From a virus, in IMG/VR virus record IMGVR_UViG_3300037297_000139, positions 1-47,592 of that record: DNA of 47,592 nt. One strand, written 5' to 3'. Every line of letters starts with the position of its first letter. The first letter of the stretch is position 1. Made by a program: the position numbers and the translations under genes. This document shows positions 35,540-43,042 of the stretch, in pieces. The notes under the pieces were generated by a model that ran no database searches, was not told where the DNA came from, and saw only the letters and a list, made by a program, of their open reading frames with translations.

Positions 35540-36289
35540 CTACCGCGTGCGCGCCTGTTCGTCAACCGGTGCAACGGTCGCGGCCGGATCCCCCCGCCAC
35601 GGGAAAGCATACCAGTCTCCACCAGGAAGCGCGTACGGAGCGAGTGCCACGCGCCGACGCTGAAAGTACGGGATGTCCTTCCGGTGGTAGGCGACGAGCC
35701 CGTACGCGACGATGCCGCCGGCATGCTGCGCCCAGCGCTCCGCCTTGACTCGGATCTTGTCCGCCGGGTGCTCGCGCCGGCTGATCTTTGGAGGCGGCTT
35801 GGGCTTCGGCTCGGCGCTCGCGGCGCGCCATTCGTGCGCCAACTTGTCCGCAGCGCGTTGCTCCCGCTGCGCTTGCACCACCCACGAGGGCCTGCGGTGA
35901 TTGGCGTACGGATTGAAGGCACAACGCTCGCGGTACATGTCCCACTGCACCTGTTTGAGGCGAGCATCGCACGCAGCTAGCTCGGGATGATTCGCGTCCG
36001 CCAGCTTGGCACGCCACCGGTAGAGCCGCTCCGGTTCGAATTCACGCGACCAGTCTGGGGTGATGATCACTCGGGGGAGATCTTCGCTGCCCGGCGGGCG
36101 GCGTGGGATCGGCTGTCCTGGGCGCCAAGCTTGGTAGCGCTGCATGTACTCCTCGCGTTGCGCGCGGCGATACGCGGCCTCTACCTCCGCAAGCTGGGGG
36201 CTCCGCCGGGGGCAGCGGCGCATCCGCTGCAGCACCACCCACAACTGCTTCACGGATGCGGTTTGCAAATCCAAAGACGTGCGAGCCAT
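35540..36289 (-). CDS. Hypothetical Arg/Pro/Trp-rich protein, first gene of the leftward block
   Basis: 249 aa, ATG at 36289 only 5 nt downstream of a TAGTAT -10-like hexamer. High GC3, no recognisable motif. Confidence 0.75.
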   Translation of the reverse strand: MARTSLDLQTASVKQLWVVLQRMRRCPRRSPQLAEVEAAYRRAQREEYMQRYQAWRPGQPIPRRPPGSEDLPRVIITPDWSREFEPERLYRWRAKLADANHPELAACDARLKQVQWDMYRERCAFNPYANHRRPSWVVQAQREQRAADKLAHEWRAASAEPKPKPPPKISRREHPADKIRVKAERWAQHAGGIVAYGLVAYHRKDIPYFQRRRVALAPYALPGGDWYAFPWRGDPAATVAPVDEQARTR

Positions 36290-36294
36290 GCCTT

Positions 36295-36324
36295 ATACTA
36301 GCACACTACGTATCTTGGATGCAA
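36295..36324 (-). promoter_or_regulatory. Candidate sigma70-like leftward promoter giving a leaderless or near-leaderless mRNA
   Basis: The minus strand reads TTGCAT (36324..36319), an 18-nt spacer, TAGTAT (36300..36295), then AAGGC and ATG. It lies in the AT-richer intergenic region. Confidence 0.35.
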
Positions 36325-36598
36325 ATCTTCTGATTAGGGCGCTACAACCCAAACCTATGGGTCTATGTGGTAATAGCAGCCACGTCGATCTTTATGTATC
36401 TGTCAGGAAGGTACGCTCCCGCTGCGATCCGAACTCCAGCATGAATCTCGCTGGATTGTGCACGCAAGCGAAATCACGCACGAGCTTGCTCGTATGATCT
36501 TAGGCGTGCGTACCTCGCGAGAATTTCGAAAGCTGGAGCGTCCGACTGGCCGGCCTAATAAAGCGCGCGAGAATCGACACAGAAAAATCAAAAACACG

Positions 36599-36627
36599 TT
36601 GCACGTCAGAAAAAACGGATCCATACT
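36599..36627 (+). promoter_or_regulatory. Candidate sigma70-like rightward (early) promoter
   Basis: TTGCAC (36599..36604), a 17-nt spacer, CATACT (36622..36627). An A-tract (agaaaaatcaaaaaca) lies just upstream like an UP element. GGAGG is at 36640 and the ATG at 36653. Confidence 0.4.
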
Positions 36628-36652
36628 CTGATCATACACGGAGGCACCGACC

Positions 36653-36871
36653 ATGGCACGTCGAGACACGATGGCGATAGAGACTTGGCGCTGCGTCGCG
36701 AAAGACGCTCGCGGCGTGCATCACGGCGGGACCGGCAGCACCACAGAGATTGTCGCGCGAGCCTGCTACACAGCTCACAGCGTCCCAGGTTGCACAGTAA
36801 CGTTGCAGCACCGCCCCGCCGGAGCCGCACGATTCCGAACGATCGAAACGCGCACGACAACCGAAATCTGA
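36653..36871 (+). CDS. Hypothetical early protein (72 aa)
   Basis: GGAGGCACCGACC ATG start context. First ORF after the rightward promoter candidate. Confidence 0.65.
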   Translation: MARRDTMAIETWRCVAKDARGVHHGGTGSTTEIVARACYTAHSVPGCTVTLQHRPAGAARFRTIETRTTTEI

Positions 36872-36890
36872 TCCACCCCATCACTGCCCC

Positions 36891-36921
36891 GCCCCCGCGC
36901 CGCAAGGCCCGGGGGCTTTCT
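36891..36921 (+). terminator. Intercistronic GC-clamp hairpin with GCAA tetraloop followed by TTTCT
   Basis: GCCCCCG-C-GCC GCAA GGC-C-CGGGGGC (36891..36916) then TTTCT. It lies 20 nt after the upstream stop and 19 nt before the next ATG. Confidence 0.45.
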
Positions 36922-36939
36922 GGGCAGGAGGGCCCGACC

Positions 36940-37167
36940 ATGCCACTTTACGACCCCGACACCGAGAACCCCGGCCAATGTAAGTGCTGCCGAGCGTGGT
37001 TCACACGCCGCACGCCTGGCGACGAAGCTAGCAGCAGAGACCTTGAGCGCCCCGAGTATTGCGCCGGCTGCGCTTACGGGCTGTTCGATCCGGAAGCGAG
37101 ACGACAGCCGGTCGCCGCGGTGCGAACGAACGAGAGTCACGATCCGAATGATTGGACGTTCGTCTAG
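36940..37167 (+). CDS. Small zinc-ribbon-like protein (75 aa)
   Basis: GGAGGGCCCGACC ATG start context. Two Cys pairs (CKCC .. CAGC). Confidence 0.7.
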   Translation: MPLYDPDTENPGQCKCCRAWFTRRTPGDEASSRDLERPEYCAGCAYGLFDPEARRQPVAAVRTNESHDPNDWTFV

Positions 37168-37236
37168 CAGCCCACCCCCGTCCCCTCGCCGCGCACCCCA
37201 CCCGGGCCGCGGCTTGCGGGCACAGGAGGACCGACC

Positions 37237-37518
37237 ATGACACACACCGCCCACCCCGAACCCACGACCCTAGCCGAACGTCGAGCCGCCCGTGATTACG
37301 TCGGGTGGTCCGGTGCACGCTTCCCCGTGCGCGTTGTTCCCGGCGCGACTGCCCCCAAGCTACTTGGGGAAGAGAGCCACTACGAAACGCGCGACGGCTC
37401 GCGCATCCGGCACCCAAGCGCGTACTCGAGAAAGGGGTTCTCGAACATGGTCTACTGCCGTTCGACCGTCCGAGTCGAAGTCGGTGCTCGCTGGCTCGAC
37501 CGCCGGCACATGTGGTGA
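37237..37518 (+). CDS. Hypothetical early protein (93 aa)
   Basis: GGAGGACCGACC ATG start context, high GC3. Confidence 0.7.
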   Translation: MTHTAHPEPTTLAERRAARDYVGWSGARFPVRVVPGATAPKLLGEESHYETRDGSRIRHPSAYSRKGFSNMVYCRSTVRVEVGARWLDRRHMW

Positions 37519-37542
37519 CCGACCCACCCCACCCCCAGCCCA

Positions 37543-37573
37543 GCCCCCGCGTCGCAAGGCCCGGGGGCTTTCT
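37543..37573 (+). terminator. Second copy of the GCAA-tetraloop hairpin followed by TTTCT
   Basis: GCCCCCG-C-GTC GCAA GGC-C-CGGGGGC (37543..37568). It differs from copy 1 by a C-to-T change that keeps pairing as G-U. The same TTTCTGGGCAGGAGG..CCGACCATG follows. Confidence 0.45.
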
Positions 37574-37590
37574 GGGCAGGAGGACCGACC

Positions 37591-37818
37591 ATGGCAGCAC
37601 GACAGAAAATCGATTGGCTCAAATTCGAAACGCGCGCACGGGCAACGCTGGCCCAGTACGCCCGCGGCGAACTGCTCGGCACTCAAGCTTGTCGCATACT
37701 GGACGAGGCGCTCGCCGCGGCAACCCGGCGCGGCAACGAACTGCCACAAGAGCCGCTCGACTGGGAGAGTGACAGCGAGGTTGAGGACACCGTTGCTACG
37801 CGAGACGGTTTCTGGTGA
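37591..37818 (+). CDS. Hypothetical early protein with acidic C-terminus (75 aa)
   Basis: GGAGGACCGACC ATG start context. The C-terminus reads ELPQEPLDWESDSEVEDTV. Confidence 0.7.
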   Translation: MAARQKIDWLKFETRARATLAQYARGELLGTQACRILDEALAAATRRGNELPQEPLDWESDSEVEDTVATRDGFW

Positions 37819-37837
37819 ACGCCCCAACACCTGTCCC

Positions 37838-37864
37838 GCCCCCGCACGCTTCGGCGCCGGGGGC
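37838..37864 (+). promoter_or_regulatory. Third intercistronic hairpin, same 7-bp clamp, TTCG tetraloop
   Basis: GCCCCCG-CA-CGC TTCG GCG-C-CGGGGGC, followed by TTCGGCGGTAGGAGGAAACGC ATG. Confidence 0.45.
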
Positions 37865-37885
37865 TTCGGCGGTAGGAGGAAACGC

Positions 37886-38350
37886 ATGCACTATCTAGCT
37901 CTAGTTCTAATCCCCAACGAAGGTGACCACATCGACCACGTTAGCCGCATCATGGCGCCGCACCAGGAGGGTGAAGACTCGGAAGGTCACTTGACCGGCT
38001 TTTGGGATTGGTGGTCGATCGGCGGCCGCTGGACAGGGTTCCTGGACGGCTACGATCCGGAGGCCGATCCTCGGAACCAGGAACCGTCCGGTCGCGCGCT
38101 TTGGCCGACCGATTGGGAACCGCACGCTGGCGACGTTCAATCGGCAGATGCGGTTGCAGCGTCTACGCCGTTCGGAGCAAAGCTGCCATTCGCGCTAGTG
38201 TGGGATGGCGGCGCGTTGCTTCAGGAAGTGTACGTCCGGGACGCACCGGACGGCGAGCACTTCCCGGCCACGCCGAATTTCGCAGTACAAGTACGCGACC
38301 GGATCGCAGCACACGATGGGCGCGTTGTGGTGGTGGACTACCACTGCTAG
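37886..38350 (+). CDS. Hypothetical protein (154 aa) with WDWWSIGGRW motif
   Basis: TAGGAGGAAACGC ATG start context. The rest of the 352-aa track ORF upstream crosses three other genes in other frames. Confidence 0.75.
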   Translation: MHYLALVLIPNEGDHIDHVSRIMAPHQEGEDSEGHLTGFWDWWSIGGRWTGFLDGYDPEADPRNQEPSGRALWPTDWEPHAGDVQSADAVAASTPFGAKLPFALVWDGGALLQEVYVRDAPDGEHFPATPNFAVQVRDRIAAHDGRVVVVDYHC

Positions 38351-38361
38351 GAGAACCGACC

Positions 38362-38571
38362 ATGCCAAGAATACACGATGCCATCGGCGCCCGTCTCGCC
38401 GCGCAGGACGCACCCACGGTCACGCCCGGGCCGTTCGAGGTTCCCGACCCCGAGGCGATCTTCATCGGTGTGCGCGACGGCGTGTTGTGGCAGTGTCATC
38501 GGGAGCCGGGGGAGTCCGACGAACGCTGGCAAGCCCGGGCTTGGAAGATGCTCGCGGCATTCGTCGCGTGA
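38362..38571 (+). CDS. Hypothetical early protein (69 aa)
   Basis: GGAGAACCGACC ATG start context. Confidence 0.65.
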   Translation: MPRIHDAIGARLAAQDAPTVTPGPFEVPDPEAIFIGVRDGVLWQCHREPGESDERWQARAWKMLAAFVA

Positions 38572-38585
38572 GAAAGGAAACGATC

Positions 38586-39104
38586 ATGCAACAAGAGTGG
38601 ATCTTGAAACTGGAGGATAATTTGGGCGCCTGTCGTAAAGCGATCGATTGGTGCCGCACGAAGCCTTCCGCTGCCGAAGCTTGGCGAACATGTCCTCGGG
38701 GTGATTGGTTGTTGTGGATCGCAGTGCGGCTCGGCACCGACCGCCGGGCGATTGTAGCCGCTGCGTGCGAGTGCGCACGCCTGGCGCTCAGATTCGTGCC
38801 GGACGGGGAGCTTCGGCCCGCGGTAGCAATCGAGACGGCCGAACGTTGGACACGTGGGGAAGCGACGCTGGCGGAGGTTCGACACGCCGCCGACGCCGCT
38901 TACGACGCAGCGGCCGCCACTTACGCAGCCGCCGCCAATGCCGCTTACGCAGCCGCCGACGCCGCTTACGCCGCCGCCCACGCCGACTCTGCCGACTCTG
39001 CCGCCAACTCTGCCGTTGCTGCCTACACCGAAGACGCTAGAGCAAAAACGCTCCGCAGATGTGCAACGATCGTCCGTCGGCACATCAACCGGCCTGAGAT
39101 ATGA
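38586..39104 (+). CDS. Ala-rich helical repeat protein resembling Imm5-type immunity proteins
   Basis: 172 aa, GGAAACGATC ATG start context. AACECARLALRFVP..AIETAERWTRGEATLAEVRHAADAAYDAAAATYAAAANAAYAAADAAYAAAHAD matches my memory of the Imm5 pattern. The function call has low confidence. Confidence 0.6.
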   Translation: MQQEWILKLEDNLGACRKAIDWCRTKPSAAEAWRTCPRGDWLLWIAVRLGTDRRAIVAAACECARLALRFVPDGELRPAVAIETAERWTRGEATLAEVRHAADAAYDAAAATYAAAANAAYAAADAAYAAAHADSADSAANSAVAAYTEDARAKTLRRCATIVRRHINRPEI

Positions 39105-39286
39105 AGCAGCCCGACTGGCAGCACATCCCCCTCACGTTGACAGCAGACGGACAGTTGACGCCCGACTGCGCGCGGGCTGTATGCGAGGTTCTCGGCCTTC
39201 CGGAGGGGACGCGCTTGGAATTCGACATGAAGACGCACGAACTGAGGATAGCCTCACTTCAGAAAGGGAACGATCATGCTGTTTGA
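39101..39286 (+). CDS. Small AbrB/SpoVT(MazE)-like protein
   Basis: 61 aa with an ATGA overlap. AVCEVLGLPEGTRLEFDMKTHELRIASL resembles the swapped-hairpin barrel motif of AbrB-type DNA binders and antitoxins. Confidence 0.55.
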   Translation: MKQPDWQHIPLTLTADGQLTPDCARAVCEVLGLPEGTRLEFDMKTHELRIASLQKGNDHAV

Positions 39287-39974
39287 ACAACTGAGAGACA
39301 AGTACGCCCGCAGCGGGCATCCGTCTTCGGATCTTCTGCTCCGCGCTGTGTGCGAGCACTTGGAAGGCATCGGCTTGCAGCTGTCCGCGATGGGCGGCCG
39401 CGTCGAAGCCGTGGCCGAGTCCCTCGAAGAGCACCGTGGTCCAGGGCACGCCGAACCCGACTTGCTGGAGAGGATCCAGCGGTTGGAGCGGAGCAGGGAC
39501 GCGCTGCGGGCCGCGGTTGATTCCGTAGGCAAGTGCGTGCGAACGATTGAAGATAAGCAGCAGGCAAACGTAAGTCAGTTCGTGACGGGCTTGCGCACCC
39601 TGAACAGCCGTGTGACCGACTTGGAAGTGACCAACGCGGAGCGAGCCGACCGCGTCAATACACTGTCCGATCGACTCCGCCGCGTCGAAGCCGACCACCA
39701 AGCGAACGAGCAAGCCCGGCGAGCGGGCGAAGATCTGCTCCTATCCCTTCGCATGACGGTGCTGGGCGGGCTAGCGTTGCTGGACGCCGGCCACCCCCGC
39801 GAGCCGATCGCGAAGCGTTGGCTACAGGAGCACGACGCTGCGGTGGGGATTCGTCTGCCAGACTCAGAACAGACCAAATTGCACCGTCTGCTGCGTGCGA
39901 TGTATTCGTTCGTAGCGCTAGGAGCCAGCATGGATCGCATGGCCGATCTGCGAAGGGCGGCCCGCGATGCGTAG
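39276..39974 (+). CDS. Coiled-coil protein (232 aa)
   Basis: GGGAACGATC ATG start context. Long heptad-like Leu/Arg/Glu-rich stretch. Confidence 0.75.
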   Translation: MLFEQLRDKYARSGHPSSDLLLRAVCEHLEGIGLQLSAMGGRVEAVAESLEEHRGPGHAEPDLLERIQRLERSRDALRAAVDSVGKCVRTIEDKQQANVSQFVTGLRTLNSRVTDLEVTNAERADRVNTLSDRLRRVEADHQANEQARRAGEDLLLSLRMTVLGGLALLDAGHPREPIAKRWLQEHDAAVGIRLPDSEQTKLHRLLRAMYSFVALGASMDRMADLRRAARDA

Positions 39975-40085
39975 CCGGTGGCTTTCTGTGTACCACGAAC
40001 CCCGGCGCTGGACTGTGCGGGTCGGGCATCGGCTCTACTCTGCCCCGACCCTGTGGCGCGCGCTACGCGGGCTGTGGAGGCTACG

Positions 40086-40361
40086 GTGAACGTGGAGCGC
40101 ATAGTGCAAGCCGTCTGCCCCGGGGCTATCGTGTGCGACGCACCCCAGCCGAACACGTACACGGTTGACTACCTCGGACACCGGATCGAAATCGACACGA
40201 CAGAAGCCCGCGAGCACCACTGCGAAACAGCGTTCGTCCATTTGGTCGCGAGGCAACTCCGAGCGGCGGCGGACACGGCTCGGAGTTGCGCTACGTGCAA
40301 GCATGTGACTGGCACGTGCCCGGCGCAATGCGCGGGGCGGAGCCATTGGGAGCCTCGGTAG
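40086..40361 (+). CDS. Hypothetical Cys-containing protein (91 aa)
   Basis: GGAGG + 6 nt + GTG 40086 (the track ORF starts earlier at 39978). The C-terminal part contains CATCKHVTGTCPAQC. Confidence 0.5.
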   Translation: MNVERIVQAVCPGAIVCDAPQPNTYTVDYLGHRIEIDTTEAREHHCETAFVHLVARQLRAAADTARSCATCKHVTGTCPAQCAGRSHWEPR

Positions 40362-40843
40362 TGAAACGAGTCTACATCCGGCTAGCGGCTTCGGAACGCC
40401 ACGATCCGGCGTACGCGGCCGCTGGCCATCAATTCTGGCGCGAGGGTTGGCGGTTGTTGTCTCTACCACCGAAGCGCATCCGCCGACCCTATCGCGTTTT
40501 GCTGCCGACAGGGGACGCGCCGTCGGCCCGGTACGCGCTCGCGTTGGGGTGGGCCGTATTGCGCCGCACCGGGCGAGCGGTTCCCCCCAAGCAAAAAGCA
40601 GCGCCGCACCGGGTGTCGTTCCGTGCCCCCGCGGAGCTGTGCTGGGGAGACCACACCCGGCGCGTCAATACTGCGCTGTGTGTCGAGCCCCCGATCCCTT
40701 GGGTGGACGTGCCGGGCCCCTACGACCGGACCGTGACCGTGTGGCTGTCGCCAGGCGCGAGACTCACGCTTGACGCTTTGGCGCCTTGCCTCGGCGGTCG
40801 ATCGGGGTGGCTACGGGCGGCGCTTGCGTACCGCGTCGAATAG
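40361..40843 (+). CDS. Hypothetical protein (160 aa), last gene of the rightward block
   Basis: GTG 40361 shares one nt with the upstream TAG. High GC3. Confidence 0.6.
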   Translation: MKRVYIRLAASERHDPAYAAAGHQFWREGWRLLSLPPKRIRRPYRVLLPTGDAPSARYALALGWAVLRRTGRAVPPKQKAAPHRVSFRAPAELCWGDHTRRVNTALCVEPPIPWVDVPGPYDRTVTVWLSPGARLTLDALAPCLGGRSGWLRAALAYRVE

Positions 40844-40929
40844 CACTGCCCGGCGCCCGGCAGTATGGGCAAGGCAGCGCAAGCGGATCGGGCAGGGTCG
40901 GAGCTGTAGCGGGGGCATGTCGTGGGTGC

Positions 40930-41313
40930 TCAATCACGAATCATCTCCACCTCGAACCCGGCGGCTTCGGCCTTGTGCACGCAATTCCAGGTGCCACGCG
41001 AGCCCGGCAGTGGAAAGGCGAACACGTGGCACTCATAGTCTGCAGCTGACAATTCAACGAGCCGCGCGACCATGTCGGCATTTCTCAACATGCCGGCTTT
41101 TTTGCCATGCGTGCGCCAGTCTGCCGGGTGCGGTTCAATCCAGTACCCGAGCGCCTCGGCTACGCGGTGCGCGATGGTGTCCGCGCCAGGCGCGGCGCCA
41201 TGGATCACGAGCACGAAGCGCCCCCGGAACCGCTCTAGCACGTCGCGGATTTTCTGCTCGTCGATCCAGTTGCGTGAGCCGGTGACTAGGATCACTACGG
41301 GGCGATCAGACAT
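40930..41313 (-). CDS. DUF2493-type (SLOG/DprA-LOG-like Rossmannoid) protein
   Basis: 127 aa from ATG 41313 (ATGTCTGA overlap). Contains VILVTGSRNW, VLVIHGAAPGADTIA and ADWRTHGKKAGMLRNADM. Confidence 0.8.
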   Translation of the reverse strand: MSDRPVVILVTGSRNWIDEQKIRDVLERFRGRFVLVIHGAAPGADTIAHRVAEALGYWIEPHPADWRTHGKKAGMLRNADMVARLVELSAADYECHVFAFPLPGSRGTWNCVHKAEAAGFEVEMIRD

Positions 41314-41512
41314 CGCTCTCGCCTTTCTCCTCGTGAGGCCGCCAGCATAGACAGTCGGTGCCACTGAAACTGTAGGTGTACGGCTCAACGTGCCTCAGCA
41401 CCCACCCAACCGGGATAGGCGGAGGCTCCCACGAACACGGCCCCCATGCGCCGAACCTGTCTTCGCCTTTTTCGCACCACAGCCCACACGTCCCGCACCG
41501 TCGCTCAGCCAC
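41306..41512 (-). CDS. Small Cys-rich protein (68 aa)
   Basis: GTG 41512 lies 5 nt before the upstream stop. Contains CGTCGLWC .. CSW .. CLCW. Confidence 0.5.
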   Translation of the reverse strand: MAERRCGTCGLWCEKGEDRFGAWGPCSWEPPPIPVGWVLRHVEPYTYSFSGTDCLCWRPHEEKGESDV

Positions 41513-41765
41513 GGTCGTCCGCCTTCCGCTCCAATGCCGCGCGCACCTTCTCGGCCATGAACCGAGCACCGCGTAGCAGTTCGTTCGCGTGGAGCACGCC
41601 AGGCACTTCCCAGCGCGGTAAGTCCTGCGCGTACACGTAGCGCTCGCCGTTGACAATGCGTTCGAGTGCAACGGTCGCGAGCACTGCGCCGCTCCCAGGA
41701 TAGATCCGCACCTGGATGTCCGGGTCGATCTCCCAGATTGCTTCGAGGAGTTCGGTGGTGATCAC
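41505..41765 (-). CDS. Hypothetical protein (86 aa)
   Basis: Complete ORF with high GC3 in a co-directional gene string. Confidence 0.65.
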   Translation of the reverse strand: MITTELLEAIWEIDPDIQVRIYPGSGAVLATVALERIVNGERYVYAQDLPRWEVPGVLHANELLRGARFMAEKVRAALERKADDRG

Positions 41766-41783
41766 TGGGGGTTGTCCTTTCGC

Positions 41784-42017
41784 TCATGGCTCGATCCACT
41801 CGCTATGCGCGTCCAGGTAGTCGATCGTGCCGAAACCACCGGCGTCGTGCTCGCAACGGCAGCAACCGTTCGTAATCGCCAGCACTGCGTTTGGTGGGTC
41901 GTAGTCGAGTCGCGCATGGTCTCGCCACAGACCGCAATGGTCGCAAACGGTGCGCATCTTGTGAGGTGGCAGAGACAGCGCGTCTAGATGGTGTTCTGCT
42001 AAGCGCTCGACCTTCAC
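41784..42017 (-). CDS. Small Cys/His-rich protein (77 aa)
   Basis: Contains CDHCGLW .. GCCRCEH. Has a 4-nt overlap with the upstream gene. Confidence 0.65.
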   Translation of the reverse strand: MKVERLAEHHLDALSLPPHKMRTVCDHCGLWRDHARLDYDPPNAVLAITNGCCRCEHDAGGFGTIDYLDAHSEWIEP

Positions 42018-42796
42018 TCCCCACCGTCCTTTCGCTCCGGCGGTTGCAGGATGCGATCGACCATGTTCGCGTGTATTTTACATGCGTCGTGGTGACCGTT
42101 TCTGTAATCCTCAGTAAAAACAGACGGGGATAGATTCAAGTTGCGCCATGCTGCCACACGTTCTGTGAACGCCTCCCGCACCCTCGCTAGTTCGGTCTCG
42201 GCCGCGAGCGCGCGGTTCTGCAGATCGTTCTCGCGCTTGTGGGCTGGACAAGGCGAGTCGCAGTTGTCATCGCATGTGCAACGCTCCGGCTCGGGCGGCT
42301 CGGCGGGCTCCGGGCCACGCGGAACGAAGTCCTCGCACACCTCAGCGCAGCCGGGGCTCGTTGTGGCCTTGCAAGGGTTCGCACATTCACGACAGTCACG
42401 TTGGCCAGGCGCCGAGCCAGCGCGCATCCCTTTCTCGGGGGAGACCGGCTCGGGCCTGGCGAGAAGGCCCGCCAAGATCCGTGCGCGCGTTCCAGCGTCG
42501 TACTTTGGGCGATCGTCTGTTCCGATCCCCCGAACCGTGTGCGCGGCCAAGAACAATGCATTGCACAAGACGTGCCCGGTGTGATCGAAGCCGGAGTCTC
42601 GGTCGGTATCTTCACCCGAGAGCCACGCGAACAAGTGCCGCAGTAGACTTTCGGACGTTTCAACCCACGAGAACCCCCCTTCCCAGTCGCGCTCTTTGCC
42701 AACGCGCTCCAAGATGCGCGCCGCGAGCGCCAGCGCGTCCCACGGGATCAACCCGAAGCGCACCTTGCCTGCGTTGTCTCGTGTGCCAGGCATCAT
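42014..42796 (-). CDS. DUF5664 / dATP-dGTP diphosphohydrolase N-terminal-type protein with a Cys-rich C-terminal extension
   Basis: 260 aa. DNAGKVRFGLIPWDAL and LLRHLFAWLSGEDTDRDSGFDHTGHVLCNALFLA match the family. These are followed by RDCRECANPCKATTSPGCAEVCED..CTCDDNCDSPCPAH. Confidence 0.8.
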   Translation of the reverse strand: MMPGTRDNAGKVRFGLIPWDALALAARILERVGKERDWEGGFSWVETSESLLRHLFAWLSGEDTDRDSGFDHTGHVLCNALFLAAHTVRGIGTDDRPKYDAGTRARILAGLLARPEPVSPEKGMRAGSAPGQRDCRECANPCKATTSPGCAEVCEDFVPRGPEPAEPPEPERCTCDDNCDSPCPAHKRENDLQNRALAAETELARVREAFTERVAAWRNLNLSPSVFTEDYRNGHHDACKIHANMVDRILQPPERKDGGE

Positions 42797-43029
42797 GTCA
42801 CCAGATTGCGAAGCGAACCGTCAACGCACACCGCAGCGTAGGGGCGCACGCCAGAAGCGACCAGCTCCGACCGCTTACGCCTCATGGCTTCCAGAGCCGT
42901 TTCACGCGGTCGAGAGACGAACGGGAATAGCCACGTGCACACTCGCGGTGCGTGCACGGGTTCTTGTGTTCGGTGCTCGTCTCCCTGGATCGCTTCGTCT
43001 CGAACGTAGGCGAATAGCTTGTAATACAT
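42793..43029 (-). CDS. Hypothetical protein (78 aa)
   Basis: GAGG + 5-nt spacer (TTACA) + ATG 43029. Has a 4-nt overlap with the downstream gene. Confidence 0.6.
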   Translation of the reverse strand: MYYKLFAYVRDEAIQGDEHRTQEPVHAPRVCTWLFPFVSRPRETALEAMRRKRSELVASGVRPYAAVCVDGSLRNLVT

Positions 43030-43042
43030 GTAACCTCACAGT

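Noticed and set aside
36033-36041. A GGTTCGAAT T-loop-like motif, and a similar GGGATCGAATCC near 2628, as possible tRNA genes.
   Set aside because: The flanking bases do not form T-arm, acceptor or anticodon stems, and both lie inside well-supported coding sequence.
37292-37885. The upstream 198 codons of the 352-aa ORF 37292..38350, and the analogous upstream parts of 36685..37167, 38002..38571 and 38205..39104.
   Set aside because: They run through hairpins and through other genes that have their own SD-ATG starts. The internal ATGs have the conserved SD plus CGAYC context.
40845-40864. The hairpin ACTGCC-N8-GGCAGT in the 86-nt convergent gap, as a bidirectional intrinsic terminator.
   Set aside because: It has only a 6-bp stem with an 8-nt loop and no U tract on either strand, which is too weak to call. 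Some terminator is nonetheless expected where the two blocks converge.
42014-42796. The idea that the dATP/dGTP diphosphohydrolase-like gene marks a 2-aminoadenine (Z-base) genome.
   Set aside because: I found no PurZ-like adenylosuccinate-synthetase homologue and no HD-type dATPase anywhere in the window.
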